This document shows positions 1 through 11,869 of a stretch of DNA of 64,000 nt, one piece after another. The notes below the pieces were generated by a model. That model did no database searches. It had not been told where the DNA came from and saw nothing but the letters and a program-made list of their open reading frames with translations. The DNA is from Selaginella moellendorffii (Eukaryota > Plantae > Lycopodiophyta), in contig NW_003314301.1 of NCBI RefSeq assembly GCF_000143415.4, positions 1,103,333 through 1,167,332 on the forward strand, given 5' to 3'. Both the position numbers and the translations under genes were made by a program. Each line of letters opens with the position of its first letter. Within the stretch, counting starts at the first letter, position 1.

Positions 1-325
1 TTCTTGCCACGTGGGCTGGCGACCGGCTGCTCCCGGTGACCGCTCCAAGAAGTGGAGCAAAACAGAGGAGCGTCCTCGTCGAGGCGCCGGTCGTGTGGAG
101 TGGAAAAAAATTTGGCGAGGTGGGCATTAGATTTGATTTCTGTTGGATTAGGGTTCATGGGAAATCTCGTGCGCGATTTTTTCTGTGGCGTTTTTCTGCT
201 TGTTTCTGGTCAAGACGATGGTCCAGGAATGCAAACTCCTGACGCGTTTTTTTTTTTTTTTGCTTCTTCGCGGGGTAGGGATTTGTTCTTGGTTTGGCGT
301 CGCAGGAGCAGCAGCGAGCGCTGGA

Positions 326-2453
326 ATGAAAATGTGCGCTCTTAAATTCGAGGCAAGCGGTTTTTTTCTTCGTTTTTGTGCGTCTTTTGTGTGTGTGTGA
401 TTCTTACAGGCGAAAGAAATTTGTTTTTGTTCAGGTATTGGCAAGATATAAGCGAGCTCGCGCAGCAAAACTCACGCTTCCACATTACGAATGCCTCACT
501 CCGATGTTCATGCCAGTTGGAACTCAAGGTCGAGAACATCTTTGGTTTTCTCTTCTTATAAAACTTGGTTTGTTTTTTTTTTTTTCTTACTTTTTTTTTT
601 CTTGGGGGTGTCAGGCTCGATAAAGGGTCTCACTAGCGGTCAGCTGGAAGAGCTTGGCTGCCAAATTGTTTTGGGAAACACTTATCATCTCGCTTTGAGA
701 CCTGGAGCTGAATTGCTGGATGCTGTGGGAGGCCTTCACGAGTTTATGAACTGGCAACGGGGCTTGCTCACGGATTCCGGTGGCTTTCAAATGGTGAGTC
801 CAGCGTTTTTATTTTTCTGCTCGAAAAACGTTTTTGTGAATTTTTTTCCTTGCGAAATAGGTATCACTTCTACACTTGGCAGACATCACTGAAGAGGGAG
901 TGACGTTTCAGGTATTTCTTTACATGTTTTTTGGATGGATTCTAACGAAAGAAGGTGAAAATGGTTGCAGTCGCCTGTGGATGGCAAGCAAATGCTCCTC
1001 ACACCCGAAGAGTCTATAAGGATACAGGTTTGGATTCTCGTTTTTTCTTCTCTTTCATGGATGATTCATTCTCACGACTGGAAAATTTCTACGTAGAACA
1101 AGATTGGAGCCGATGTGATCATGGCTCTCGACGACGTTGTCAAGACAACTATAACGGGCCCTCGCGTCGAGGAAGCAATGTATCGCACTCTCCGGTGGAT
1201 CGATCGCTGCATATCTGGTACCTGCTCGACCAGTTTATCGAGATCGAGTAAAACTTGCATAATTTTTGTCGTGAGATTACAGCACATTCAAGGCCAAGGG
1301 ATCAAAATCTATTCGGAATAGTACAAGGAGGACTCGATCCACATCTCAGGCAAGGAAAAAAAGCAAAGTTTTTCCAAGTGTGGCTCTTTCTTTTTGGGTT
1401 TTTTCTTTCTACTTTCAGGGATATATGCGTCAAAGGCATGGTGGAGCGAAATTTGCCAGGGTACAGTCCTTGAATTCCATCAAAAACACTGGTTTGTTTT
1501 GTTCTCTCTTGACGCCGTGCACAGATATGCCATTGGTGGGCTCGCAGGTGGAGAAGAAAAGGACTCGTTTTGGAGAGTTGTAGCGCAGTGCACTGCGGGT
1601 CTTCCAGACGACAAGCCTCGCTACGTTATGGTATTCCCTACTGTTTTTTTTTCTTCGAAAAAAGAAAGCGAGGATGGATAGTTTTCTAAAGTTTCTTCCT
1701 TGGATTGGTTTTCAGGGTGTTGGATTTCCACTCGACATTGTTGTGTGTAGTGCTCTTGGAGCGGACATGTACGATTGCGTCTACCCAACGAGAACTGCTC
1801 GTTTCGGCACTGCTCTAGTCCCCGAGGTTGGAATTTTGTTCTCTTCGTTTCTTCGCCTTGTTCTAACTGGAGCTTCAACAACTCTTGGCAGGGTGTTTTA
1901 AAGCTCAAACACGCTTCAATGGCGACGGACACTCGACCGATCGACGCTTCTTGCTCCTGCATGGTACGCAAAGAAACAAAGAAAGATCCATGCATTCTTT
2001 TGTGAGTTTGCTTTGTCAAGGTTTGCAAGAACTACACTCGAGCGTACATTCACACACTGGTGACGAAAGAAGCCATGGGATCCCAGCTGGTTTCCTATCA
2101 CAATGTTTTTTACATGATGCGGGTAAGATCATGGTGAAACACTTTCTGGGGTTTTATACTTTGCTACTGGCAGCTTAGCAATGATCTCCATACCTCCATA
2201 CTCGAGGGTCGATTTCCAGAGTAAGTGGTTTCTTAAACTTCTTAGCGTCATCGGTTTTCTTTTCGTTTTTTTCGTGGACAATGCTCGCAGGTTTGTACAA
2301 GATTTCTTGCAAAAACAGGTAGAGCTTTCTAGTTTCAAGTTGATAAGTGATTAAAGTTTTGATGTTTAGTATCCACAAGGAGATGTTCCGGAATGGGTGT
2401 GTAATGCCATGGACGTGGCGGGAGTGGACATTTCTATGTGTGTCAAATCGTGA
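326..2453 (+). CDS. QTRT1: Queuine tRNA-ribosyltransferase catalytic subunit (eukaryotic TGT), 15 exons: 326-352, 435-528, 615-793, 861-911, 971-1027, 1097-1217, 1283-1349, 1419-1460, 1525-1630, 1716-1826, 1892-1963, 2021-2122, 2174-2220, 2291-2318, 2370-2453
   Basis: Spliced translation gives [73 protein letters not shown] and the Zn site CSCMVC...HN; every junction keeps the frame. Confidence 0.95.
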
Positions 2454-2651
2454 AAACTCCAAAAAAAAATTGAAATTAAAACCAAAGTTTTGTTTAAGAA
2501 GGGTTAAATATATTTAAGTTTGCTATTAATAAAGTAAACCGATATATAGTAAATATTTTAGAACAAAATAAATTTAGTTTCTACTTTAGGTAAATAAAAA
2601 TTACAAAATACTAATTTTAAACTTTTGGTTTTTTCGATCAAAATGTAAATC

Positions 2652-3554
2652 TTAACATACCAGAGCTAGCAATGCCGCAACATATACGAGCCAAGACAAT
2701 AGATTAGGCCTTGATGATCCACTAAACGCCAGTGGTGGAAGAGGGGGACGCGACGCCTCGGTAGGGCGAGGTGGAAACACTGGCAATGGTGATGGTGTGG
2801 TAGAGAGTGGCAATGGTGATGGTGGTGGTGGAAAGGCCTCGGTAGGGGATGGTGATGGTGGAAGGGATACCTCAATAGGAGCGGGCGATGGTGTTGATGA
2901 TGGTAATGGTGGAAAGGATGCCTCAGTAGGGGCTGGTGATGGCGATGGCAATGGTGATGACGATGGTGGTACCTGGGTAGGGGGCGGCAATGGTGCTACC
3001 AGCGGTGATGGTGATGGCGCGGCAGCGTGCTCCTGGCAACTGTCATGGGCGTGCTCCAAAGGAATCAGCACATTGTCAATCTCATACACCACCATTGAAG
3101 CCTCGCGATCGAAGACGACGCTGGAAATCTCGGCGTAGTTCTGCCCGCTGGCGATCAAGTCCCCATTGATCTCCATGATCTGGTAGGCGCTAGAGTCCTT
3201 GCCCGAGGCCACAGTGGACACCGGAAACTCCATCTCGCTGAGAGCGCTGTACGAGTGGTACCTTGGAAGGATGTGGTACCTGACGATCTTGGAGAGCTCA
3301 TCCCCCGTGAGATCTGGAGCGAAAGAGAAGGCATCGTCGTTTGGAACAAAGATGGTCACCTCGTCAAGCTCCCGGAGGTGAGCCAGTAGATCGATAGACG
3401 AGAGGAACTTCATGAATCTTTTCGCAGCGGCCAATTCTCCCACTGCTCTCACGAAATCTTCATCTGCAGCCGGAGACCTTGCTCTCGTTCCCGATGAGAA
3501 GATTGCGAGAACAAGAGCCAGAACGAGGAAAATCCTCGCGGCAGCCATCGCCAT
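2652..3554 (-). CDS. Fasciclin-like arabinogalactan protein (one FAS1 domain, Pro/Ser-rich tail, predicted GPI anchor)
   Basis: Signal peptide; FAS1 motifs TIFVPNDDAF, YHIL and VYEIDNVLIP; SP/PP repeats; hydrophobic C-terminus; intronless 300-aa ORF. Confidence 0.9.
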   Translation of the reverse strand: MAMAAARIFLVLALVLAIFSSGTRARSPAADEDFVRAVGELAAAKRFMKFLSSIDLLAHLRELDEVTIFVPNDDAFSFAPDLTGDELSKIVRYHILPRYHSYSALSEMEFPVSTVASGKDSSAYQIMEINGDLIASGQNYAEISSVVFDREASMVVYEIDNVLIPLEHAHDSCQEHAAAPSPSPLVAPLPPPTQVPPSSSPLPSPSPAPTEASFPPLPSSTPSPAPIEVSLPPSPSPTEAFPPPPSPLPLSTTPSPLPVFPPRPTEASRPPLPPLAFSGSSRPNLLSWLVYVAALLALVC

Positions 3555-3725
3555 CTTTCTTCCAAGCTTTAACGAACAGTATAAATTAAGGTGATGGAAG
3601 CTCTTTTATGGCATTCATGGCCCATTTTAGTTTCTTTTCTGCAGGAGGGGCTATACATGGTCGGCCAGATTATCAAAATAAATCAAGAGGTATAATTCAT
3701 ATAAACTATAGAAATGAAATTCGGT

Positions 3726-5144
3726 TTACACAACTTCTAGCATGAACTTGGAAACCATGGCCAAAACCACCGAGATCAGCCATAATTCACCCAATCCAGC
3801 AGGAGCAGTAGCAGCGGAGTTTTGGTTGGTATCCGTGGAAGCAGCACCAGGTCCCGACGCTGGCGGCAAGTTCCCGATATCAACAACAGGAGCCGGACTG
3901 GACGATCCGGATCCAGATCCAACAGTCGGAGGAGCAGAAGTGGTGCCAACTTGAGGAGAAGAGGCTTGCTGTGGAGCAAGAACAGGGACGATTGGAGAAG
4001 CCACCGGAGGAACAAACGGTGCTAGAGCCGGTGCAAGCGAAGGTGACGAAGACGGAGCGCGAGCGCTACCGTTGTTCTGATCGGCGGCAACGACGAAGAT
4101 CTCCTTGGGAAGCAGCACCCGATTGACCGAGTAAGCAGCAGTCGGGGGCTGATCGTAGATGGTGGAGACGACGTCAGCGGTGTCAACTCCAGTCGACAGG
4201 CTCACGCCGCCAGAGTTTCCTCCCGATGGAGCGACTTGGATCAGAAACTTCTGGTTGTCGCCGTTGGACGCCACCGTCTGGACGAGGCTGTTCTGTCGCT
4301 GGAGAGATCCGGAGCTCGTGTAGGCCGGGAGGGTGTGGTAAGCCATCAAGCTCGAGGCCTGGGACGGCGAGAGAGCGGCCATGGTTCCATTCGGCAGCCC
4401 CTGGAAGGCCTCGTCAGTGGGAACGAAGAGCGAGAAAGCTGGCAGAGTCGCTAGCGCAGCCGTGAAGCCGGTGCTCTGCATGAGATTGAGGAAGGTGGTG
4501 AACTTCCCGGATCGCTGCAGCGTGTTGGTGAGATTGAGGATGCTGGAGGCTGCCGCTTGGGGGCGACCGAGATCTTCCGGGACGAGAGCTTGGTCTATCT
4601 GCATGTAGCTGATGTTGTAAGGGAACTGGGTGATGTTGGTCCTCACGGTGGCGAGAGAGGTGGCGGCGAAAGGAAGCCCGGCGTGGATCTGGCCATCGCT
4701 GGAAACCGAGACGTTGACGAATCCATTCTGCCCGGCTGCTCGTCCGGTGGTCTGGTACAAGCTCGTCACCAGCATCCCCAGCTCGTTGGTCATGGACTTG
4801 ATCTGGGGGACGTCGAGGTACTGGAGGAGGCAGTGGTAGCGAAGAACATCCGCGACGACTGGGAGAGGGAGGGGAGTGCTGGAGGGGGACGATCGATTGA
4901 GGACGGCGTCGAGGGCCGAGTTGTGGGGGACGAGGAGAGTTAAGGAGGAGCGCTGGTTGATCTCGGAGATGACACCAGTGTCGGTGAGGAGTTTGCTAAA
5001 GGTGGAGAAATCGGGGCGGTTCTGGAGGACGGAGGTGGGGTTCGTGGTGGCGGTGAGCTGCGCGGTGGAGTGAGCTGCGAGAGTCGAGGCGAGGATGGCA
5101 AGGAGAAGGATCGCCGCTGGCTTGCTGCCGCTCCGCCGCTCCAT
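3726..5144 (-). CDS. Fasciclin-like arabinogalactan protein (two FAS1 domains, AGP region, predicted GPI anchor)
   Basis: First ATG at 5144; signal peptide; TLLVPHNSA/YHCL/IDQALVP and SLFVPTDEAF/YHTL/VNRVLLP; AP/SP-rich tail; hydrophobic C-terminus. Confidence 0.92.
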   Translation of the reverse strand: MERRSGSKPAAILLLAILASTLAAHSTAQLTATTNPTSVLQNRPDFSTFSKLLTDTGVISEINQRSSLTLLVPHNSALDAVLNRSSPSSTPLPLPVVADVLRYHCLLQYLDVPQIKSMTNELGMLVTSLYQTTGRAAGQNGFVNVSVSSDGQIHAGLPFAATSLATVRTNITQFPYNISYMQIDQALVPEDLGRPQAAASSILNLTNTLQRSGKFTTFLNLMQSTGFTAALATLPAFSLFVPTDEAFQGLPNGTMAALSPSQASSLMAYHTLPAYTSSGSLQRQNSLVQTVASNGDNQKFLIQVAPSGGNSGGVSLSTGVDTADVVSTIYDQPPTAAYSVNRVLLPKEIFVVAADQNNGSARAPSSSPSLAPALAPFVPPVASPIVPVLAPQQASSPQVGTTSAPPTVGSGSGSSSPAPVVDIGNLPPASGPGAASTDTNQNSAATAPAGLGELWLISVVLAMVSKFMLEVV

Positions 5145-5613
5145 CGCCACCAAGTAGATCCCCTGGAAGAACAGGGAGAACGAAGGTGAGAAGAGATGGT
5201 CGATGAGAAAAAGCTATGATCGATGTGGGCAAGAAGAGAAGAAAAGCTGGAGGAGATTGGTCGAGGTGGGCGAGGAGAAGGAAAGACTAGATGTGGGCGA
5301 AGCTGGACGAGAGAAAGCGTGAAGTGATCGATGTGGGCGACTTACTTTGATCGATCGAGTGTCGCCCAAATGCTTCTTTGCTCCAAAATGTTTCCTCTTT
5401 TCGATGGATCGATTTGATCGAGGGAGAGATGGGAACATATGTGGCGAACTTATACAACACTTGACCCCTTGATTCCAGCAGACAATCACGGAGATGAAAA
5501 AGCGCGGTAAAATTTCTCGCGAGTGTCGGTGTGGGGAAAAATTAATTTTTGAATTTACGGCGAGAGAAATTTGAATTTTGGGTCAGGAAAACAGGGGTTA
5601 GGGTTTATGGCGA

Positions 5614-7090
5614 ATGAGGCAATGCCGCGCCAAGGAGCGAGCGATCCACGCCTTCGCGAATTTAGGCTGGAATTCCTCCACGATTCCATCGCAGTGGCGG
5701 CATCGATCGTGTTCCGGCGCGAGGAGGAGGGATTTCTTCAGCGAGGTAGGCGGTCCAAACGTTTTCATCTTCCTCGCGGCATTCAAGGCGTGCAGCGCGG
5801 CGAGAGAGGTCGGGCTTGGCCGGAGAATCCAGGATGACGCTGCCGGGATTGGAGATCTTTCTAGCAATTTCGTGGCCACCGCTGCCGAGGACATGTACTC
5901 GAGCTGTGGAAGCATGGCGGAGGCTCGCAGGAGCTTTGAGAGCTTAGCAAATCCAGACGTGGCGCTGTGGAACTCTCTGGTGATGGGATACGCGAGAAAC
6001 AGGGATAGCAAGCTGGCTTTGGAGTTTTTCTTCGCGATGGATCGCAAAGCAAATGCTCGGAGCTATGTAACGGCTTGCTCGGGCATGGCTGGCGAAGAAC
6101 AGGGACAGGAGATCGATGGGAAAGAGATCAGAGTTCTGAGCCTGGAAAAAGGGATGGAAATTCACTCGCGATATCGACTTGGCTCTCGATCCCCTCTACT
6201 GGATCCATCGAAGCTGCGAGCTGCTGATAAACCCGAGAGTCTACGTGACCGCGCTCACGGCGTGCTCTCGCAAGGCTATGAAAGAAAGGTGGGAGGACTT
6301 GTGAACATCGAGAGCCTTGAGAAAAGCATGGAAATTCACTGCTTGGCGAAGAACGACTGTGATCAGCTAGATCTCTTCGTGGGAAACACACTCATCGAAA
6401 CGTATTCGAAGTGCTCGTCAATGCTGGACGCTCCGCGAGCTTTGGACAGAATCAAGGACCACGACGCTGTGTCTTGGACGAGCCTCATCCTGGGATACAC
6501 AGACAACAACGAAGCGGAGATCTTCTCGACTATGGCGGCTCAAGGCTTTTGCAAGCTCCACTCTGGGACTTTCGTGGCGGCCTTGACGGCTTGCTCGAGC
6601 TTGGAGAGGGTCCAGGAATTCCACTCTCGGTTTCTGGAGGCTGGTTGCTACGACAACGCTGGGGCTGTCGTCGAGAACAGCTTGATCGACGCTTACTCGA
6701 GATGTGGAAGAACAGTGGAGGCAAAGTCTGTGTTTGATTCGATCGAGAACCCGACTGTGGTCTCGTCTCATGCTGGGATACGAGGAGAATGGTGAATCCC
6801 AGCTCGCTCTCGACTTGTTCCAGACGATGATCCGGCAGAGGCTGTGCTCTCCTAACGCCAAAACTCTCGTCGCCGCGCTCACGGCCTGTGCAAGACTCGG
6901 GGCAGCCGAGGAGAGCTCCGGAGAGAAGGCTGCGTTGCTTCAAACAGGCGTGTCCATTCAGCGTGAAGCCGAGAGACTCTTCTACGACTCGGACGCGTCT
7001 GTGACGCGAGCTCTCGAGATCATGTATGCAAAGTGTGGTGAAGCTCGCGAGATTTTCCTGGGCGATGGTGGTGATGGAAGTCATTTGTAA
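5614..7090 (+). pseudogene. PLS-type pentatricopeptide repeat (PPR) pseudogene, copy A
   Basis: PPR motifs (DVALWNSLVMGYA, DAVSWTSLILGY, NSLIDAYSRCG); near-identical to 14711-16397 but with a large deletion near 6170 and frameshifts. Confidence 0.85.
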
Positions 7091-7554
7091 GTTTTGATCA
7101 AATGTGGTGAACCTTTCCTGGTCGTTATGGAAGTCAGAGATAATTCTGAATGTTTTGACCGATTTCTACGATCGCTTTGGTGAAAATCAAAACTCTTTTT
7201 GAGTTTGATGTTTAAGAACGCATGCTCTTTGGCTTGACAGTCTGCATGGCCCGGAGCGCCACAACATGGCGAATTAAACACTTGGGAGTTTTCCAAGTGG
7301 GGACCAACATGCCAAAGTTCCATCGCATAGATCTCTTCTTCTAGCAAACTCTAGAGCCTCCAACCTCCGCGTCCTGGCACTGCGGCACATGTACGGCGCC
7401 TATGCTAGCTTGAATTATTGGTACGGATACTTCATTTTCCTCACTTGTCTCTTATATCTTGCTGGGTGGCTGAAATGTTATTGATAAAACCATCCCAACC
7501 TTCAATAGTACACCAGTTGGAGGCCTAGGACCACTGGGATAGTTACACGCCCCT

Positions 7555-7563
7555 CTATAAAAG
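7555..7563 (+). promoter_or_regulatory. TATA box of the aegerolysin gene
   Basis: CTATAAAAG about 25 nt upstream of the ATG at 7587. Confidence 0.55.
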
Positions 7564-7586
7564 AGAGCTCTCATCTTGCCCAAGCC

Positions 7587-8230
7587 ATGGCAAAGCTTGG
7601 AGCTCTCGCAGTTTTCTCCTCCTCCCTCTTCTTCTTCTTCTTCTTCTTTGCTCTTTCCTTGGCTCGTGAACTCCCTCGAGTTCCTACGCATCTCTGCAAC
7701 AACGGCACTGGTTTGATCAATGCATCCTCTCTCTTTCGGTTCTGATCTTGTGTAAAATTGCTTTGGATGATTTACCAACAGGAGAACCTCATTCGAAGCT
7801 CAAGGGTGAGAGCAATTACTTTTCACTGAGAATCTACTACACCAAGGGGCCCTTGACGCTCGAAGTCAAAAACTCGTGGCTCAATTATGGGAAATGGATC
7901 CGTTCCACGAAGGATTTCACGGAGACTAAATCTCCCGATGGTCTCAAAATGAAGGCGTGGGGCGAGTACCACATCTATGCCTCTGGCAGGAGGTGGTCTC
8001 CCTCTGGTACGGATGGCTCCTTTGATATTTACGCGAGCGATGGCCCGAAGGTAGTGTATGTCTACTGGGACGTTTCTTATGGTGGAACGGCGCAATATAA
8101 GCAAGTGACTCATGATAGCCGGTTCAAGGTGACGTCCACAAGGATTGGAGAATCTGCTTTGGACGTGACTATGGTCATACGATACAATGCCACTGAGGCC
8201 ACTGAGGCCACTGGAGAAGCTATTGCTTGA
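7587..8230 (+). CDS. Secreted aegerolysin-family protein (exons 7587-7710, 7782-8230; about 190 aa)
   Basis: Exon 1 encodes signal peptide MAKLGALAVFSSSLFFFFFFALSLA; a phase-1 GT-AG intron (7711-7781) joins in frame to VKNSWLNYGKW...ASGRRWSPSGTDGSFDIY...VYWDVSYGG, matching the aegerolysin pattern (WGKW...CGRxxxxSGTxGxFDL...WDCPWG). Confidence 0.8.
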
Positions 8231-8399
8231 AAGTTTATGTTTATATAATGGCAAACTAAATAATTTAAACTAGCAACTCTCATCCCAATTGCTACCGCCA
8301 CAAAACTATGAGTCATGGAGACTTGCGCGGGATGTGGTGGAAGACCTCGAGTGCTTGATCCAGACGCCCATAGCCAGAGAAGATTTTGATCCGGGATGG

Positions 8400-10200
8400 A
8401 ATCAAAAACCTGACGCTGGAACTTTCAGAGAGAAGAGGAAGAGAACTTTCTCTAGCTCAATCCCTCCATACCTTGTCCGCTCGAAAGACGTGTGGTGCTT
8501 CAACCTTAGCGCAGCCCGGATGCTTATTCGGCAACTTCTGCAACCTCGACAACAGTCGCTGATCACAGGAAGAACTTTGCTCGAGCTTGGCGACGTATGC
8601 CGGGTATTCCTACAAAAAAACACACAGAGCTTTGAGTTTCCAGGGCTCTAGAAAGTGTAGCAAGGGGAGAAACTCTTACTCTATCCAAGGCAGCTTCTGC
8701 AGGAAGATCAAGCTTGGCCTGGCCGTAAACATCCAGCAGCTCATGAAGCCTGTTAGAAGGTGGTGGAAAAACTTGCAATGAAATAATTGATTAGAAACGC
8801 TTACCCTGGCAATCGACAGCATTCACCATTGTAGATTTCGCGTATAGTCGGACAGGGAACACGAAAGGGAGTTCCAAACCTGAGAAAAACAAGCAAACAA
8901 TATGAAAAAGAAACAAAAGAAGGAAAGAGACCGGAATGTTTTTACTCTGGGATCTTCTTGCTTCGCCTGGCACCGGGCATGATACACTGCTCCACGGGCT
9001 CGGTGTGGTCAGGAAGAACGGGCCAGACCCGATAGTTTGCCCTGTAAGGCGAAGCACAGACTTGGAGCTCGTAAGTGATGAGCAGGCGAGTTCTCGTCCC
9101 GTGGCAAAGCCTGGTAGAAGCGCTGGCTCCCCGTCACAAACACAACGCTGGTGCTAAACCACGGCCCGTCCGGAAAATGTGGCGAGGCAAGACGCGTGCA
9201 TGAACACCACCATCGCGTCCAGCAGCTCCTCCTCGCCCAGCTCCTCTTCTTCTCTGAATCCAAGAGCGCGAACAAAGTGTGGAGCCTTGCGAGTTATGGC
9301 ATCGCATCCACACATTGCTTCCCAGATTCCCCATCCCAGCATCTCGTCCTGCCTGCCCAATTTGTGATTGCTGAGGCAGTAGAGGGCAGCCGACGACTTC
9401 TTCTTGTCCGCCCAGGTGCACAACTCCGGCGTCTGCGGATGATTGAGGAGGTCTTGGGCCAGGCGATCGCACACATAGATATTCTGCAGCGCCCCTGCGC
9501 TTTCTTCCCCTCCATGATCATCTATGCGCCCGCAGGAGCCCTAATTTCTTGGATGTTAAATAGGATCTACTTTATTAACTTCGTCGCATGATACAATTTA
9601 AAGACGAGAAGATTCCCTCCAAAGGTTTAGGGCTTTACTTGTCGAGCACCACTTGTCTCCCAATCTTTCACGAAAAAGAATGGAAGGAGTGACGAATCGA
9701 GCCCTGGAGGAAGAGGTATTCCGAGATTTCCCCGATTTTGATCTTTGTGACGATTTTCCCTCGGATCGGGAAGAACTCGACCCGATCTAGCTATAAAGAA
9801 GAATGCGGCATCGGAAATCCCCGGCGCAGTCCCTGAAGTCGCCGCCTTTCAGAAAATGGTAAGAGATTGATTCTTCTTTACTACCATAGCCAATCTTCCC
9901 CACTGCAGCTGGTTCTTTCGGATCGCATGCACCTTGCTGCGCACCAATCTTTCGTCGCTAGAATGGGAGAAAGCACGACAGCACTGGAAGAAGAGGTATT
10001 TACAGATTTCCCTTTCTTCGATTCCTCCCGATCCAGAGATAAAGACGACTTTGGGAATCCCCAGAGCAACACTAACGTTGTTCCAGCTCTTTCCGATGCC
10101 CGGGGTAAGTTTTCCTGCAAGTTTTCGATTTTGAGCATGGATATATGGAACAGGATGCGACGAAGGCCACGAGGACCATGGCATAAAGCTATGGTCGACT
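8400..10200 (-). pseudogene. Fragmented gene of unknown function (lineage-specific family); paralogous remnant at about 18380-19110
   Basis: Shared peptides in both copies (MxGWGxWEAMCGCD..., LGxEELLDxMxVFM, LHELLDxYxQAKL); no continuous frame. Confidence 0.4.
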
Positions 10201-10379
10201 TTCTTTGATAGATGCGATCCTTTCCGGGAACTCTTAGCTCCAGGTGATGTCTATTTTGGTTCTGCAAGGCTATAACAACTGGACCACATCTTTTCAGATA
10301 CTTCCTTTGCTAGATGCGATTCTTCCTGGGAGGAAATGGAAGCCTTATATCTTGTAAGTCGTCTCATTTCTACTTTCCA

Positions 10380-11800
10380 GCAGCCGTTGCCTTGGCTTCA
10401 TGCTGCATACAGATAAGTGGCATTCTGAACCTTGCTCTTGGGACGATCGACATTTATCGATGTATCCAACAAAAGGAGCAGCTGTTTACGCCACCAGAGC
10501 CTCACTATGCATACAATATGGGAGATCTGTGCAGGTGACGAGGACCAAAACATGATTGAGTCTCGTTTGCAGCTCAAATGCGACTACGTTTTCGGCTATG
10601 CCAATTCCATCCGAATGGATACAACAAACTTTCCGAAGAGGTATGTGTGCATTGCAATCTTCGTTGGCATTCCGCACTCCGGTTAACAAGCTCTGTCACA
10701 GGTATGAAGATGCAACGATTGTGGAGGAGCGAGTCGCTGAGCTCAACTCTCAAACGAGAAATCCTCTTGTCTTGGCTCTATATATCAGACGTATTCTTCG
10801 ACAGCCGTATGGGAATGCTTTGCTAGCAGAAGTGGGAGGAGTAGGCCGCCAATCTCTCACTAAACTGGCCACTTCCATGGCAGCTTATATGCTGAAGGTT
10901 TGTCTCTTTTCTCTTTCTTTCTTGCTTTCCTTTTTGTACTGTGTTCAGTGAATGAACTTTGCAGGTGGTTTTGAAAGGTGATAACAATGCTTTCAGTGAT
11001 CCTCAATTAATATTTCTCCAAGATATAAATAGTATTTTGAACACTGGAGAGGTATGGACTAGCCGTAAGCAGTCTCCAAATGCCCTCAAGCTTTTCTGGT
11101 TTGCTTTCAGGTGCCAAACCTTTACCCCGCGAGGGTCCGTGCTAAAAAGGCAGGAGTAGCAGGCACACAGGTGGAATTTACATGGTGGAGCAATACAAGA
11201 GAAATCTGCACACAGTCATTCTATTTTGTTCAGCATTTCGCACAAGCAGCAACGGCATTTTCACGTCACTCCGACTTCAGTTCTGGAGCTTTTGGAGGTG
11301 TGTTTCTGCGCTCATGTACGTAATGCTAATCCATTCTATTACTGTCACGCAGATGGGACTAAAAAAGCTGCTGGGTGCTCAACACCAAGTGAAAGTAATG
11401 AAAAAAGGAACGTAAAGCTCTTCAGACCGTCTTAATCAAAACTCGTGAAGAAACGGATTCAGAGCTTACTGTGGTAAGTATCCATCGCTGGTGATACTTG
11501 CACTTGGAGTAATAATGTGCTGCTGTGTGTAGGATATGCCAATATTGGGCGTTGGATACTCTTGCATCTGAAATTCAAGCAGCTGTGACGCTAGCTTATT
11601 GGGAAAGACTGCTGGATGCCTGGCTAAAGATGTGCAAGGAAAAGAACATCCCTTCTGCTCCAACCTTCGAGCTTCCCACAGTTCTGGGCAATCCTGCGGG
11701 AAGTAGCAACTGGGTGATACTGAATGATGGGCTTTCTATAGACCATGGCATCATTATCAAATAGTAGCCTTTGTTGATTGATCATTGAGGCTTGCTTTAG
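10380..11800 (+). pseudogene. Axonemal dynein heavy chain fragment (AAA4, stalk start and AAA5 pieces)
   Basis: RRILRQPYGNALLAEVGGVGRQSLTKLA (AAA4 P-loop), FLQDINSILNTGEV|PNLY, GLKKLLGAQHQV, WLKMCKEKNIP...DGLSIDHGIII..PLLID; retains short introns; internal deletions and stops. Confidence 0.8.
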
Positions 11801-11869
11801 CGACAGCATCACCAAATACAACAAATCTTTCTAGTTTCTCAAAATCTTTTCATTTAATATAAGTATGTA

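Noticed and set aside
2666-5073. Many antisense and alternate-frame ORFs over the FLA genes (and likewise over the PPRs and the transposase)
   Set aside because: They are shadow ORFs of GC-rich or repetitive coding sequence with no independent features.
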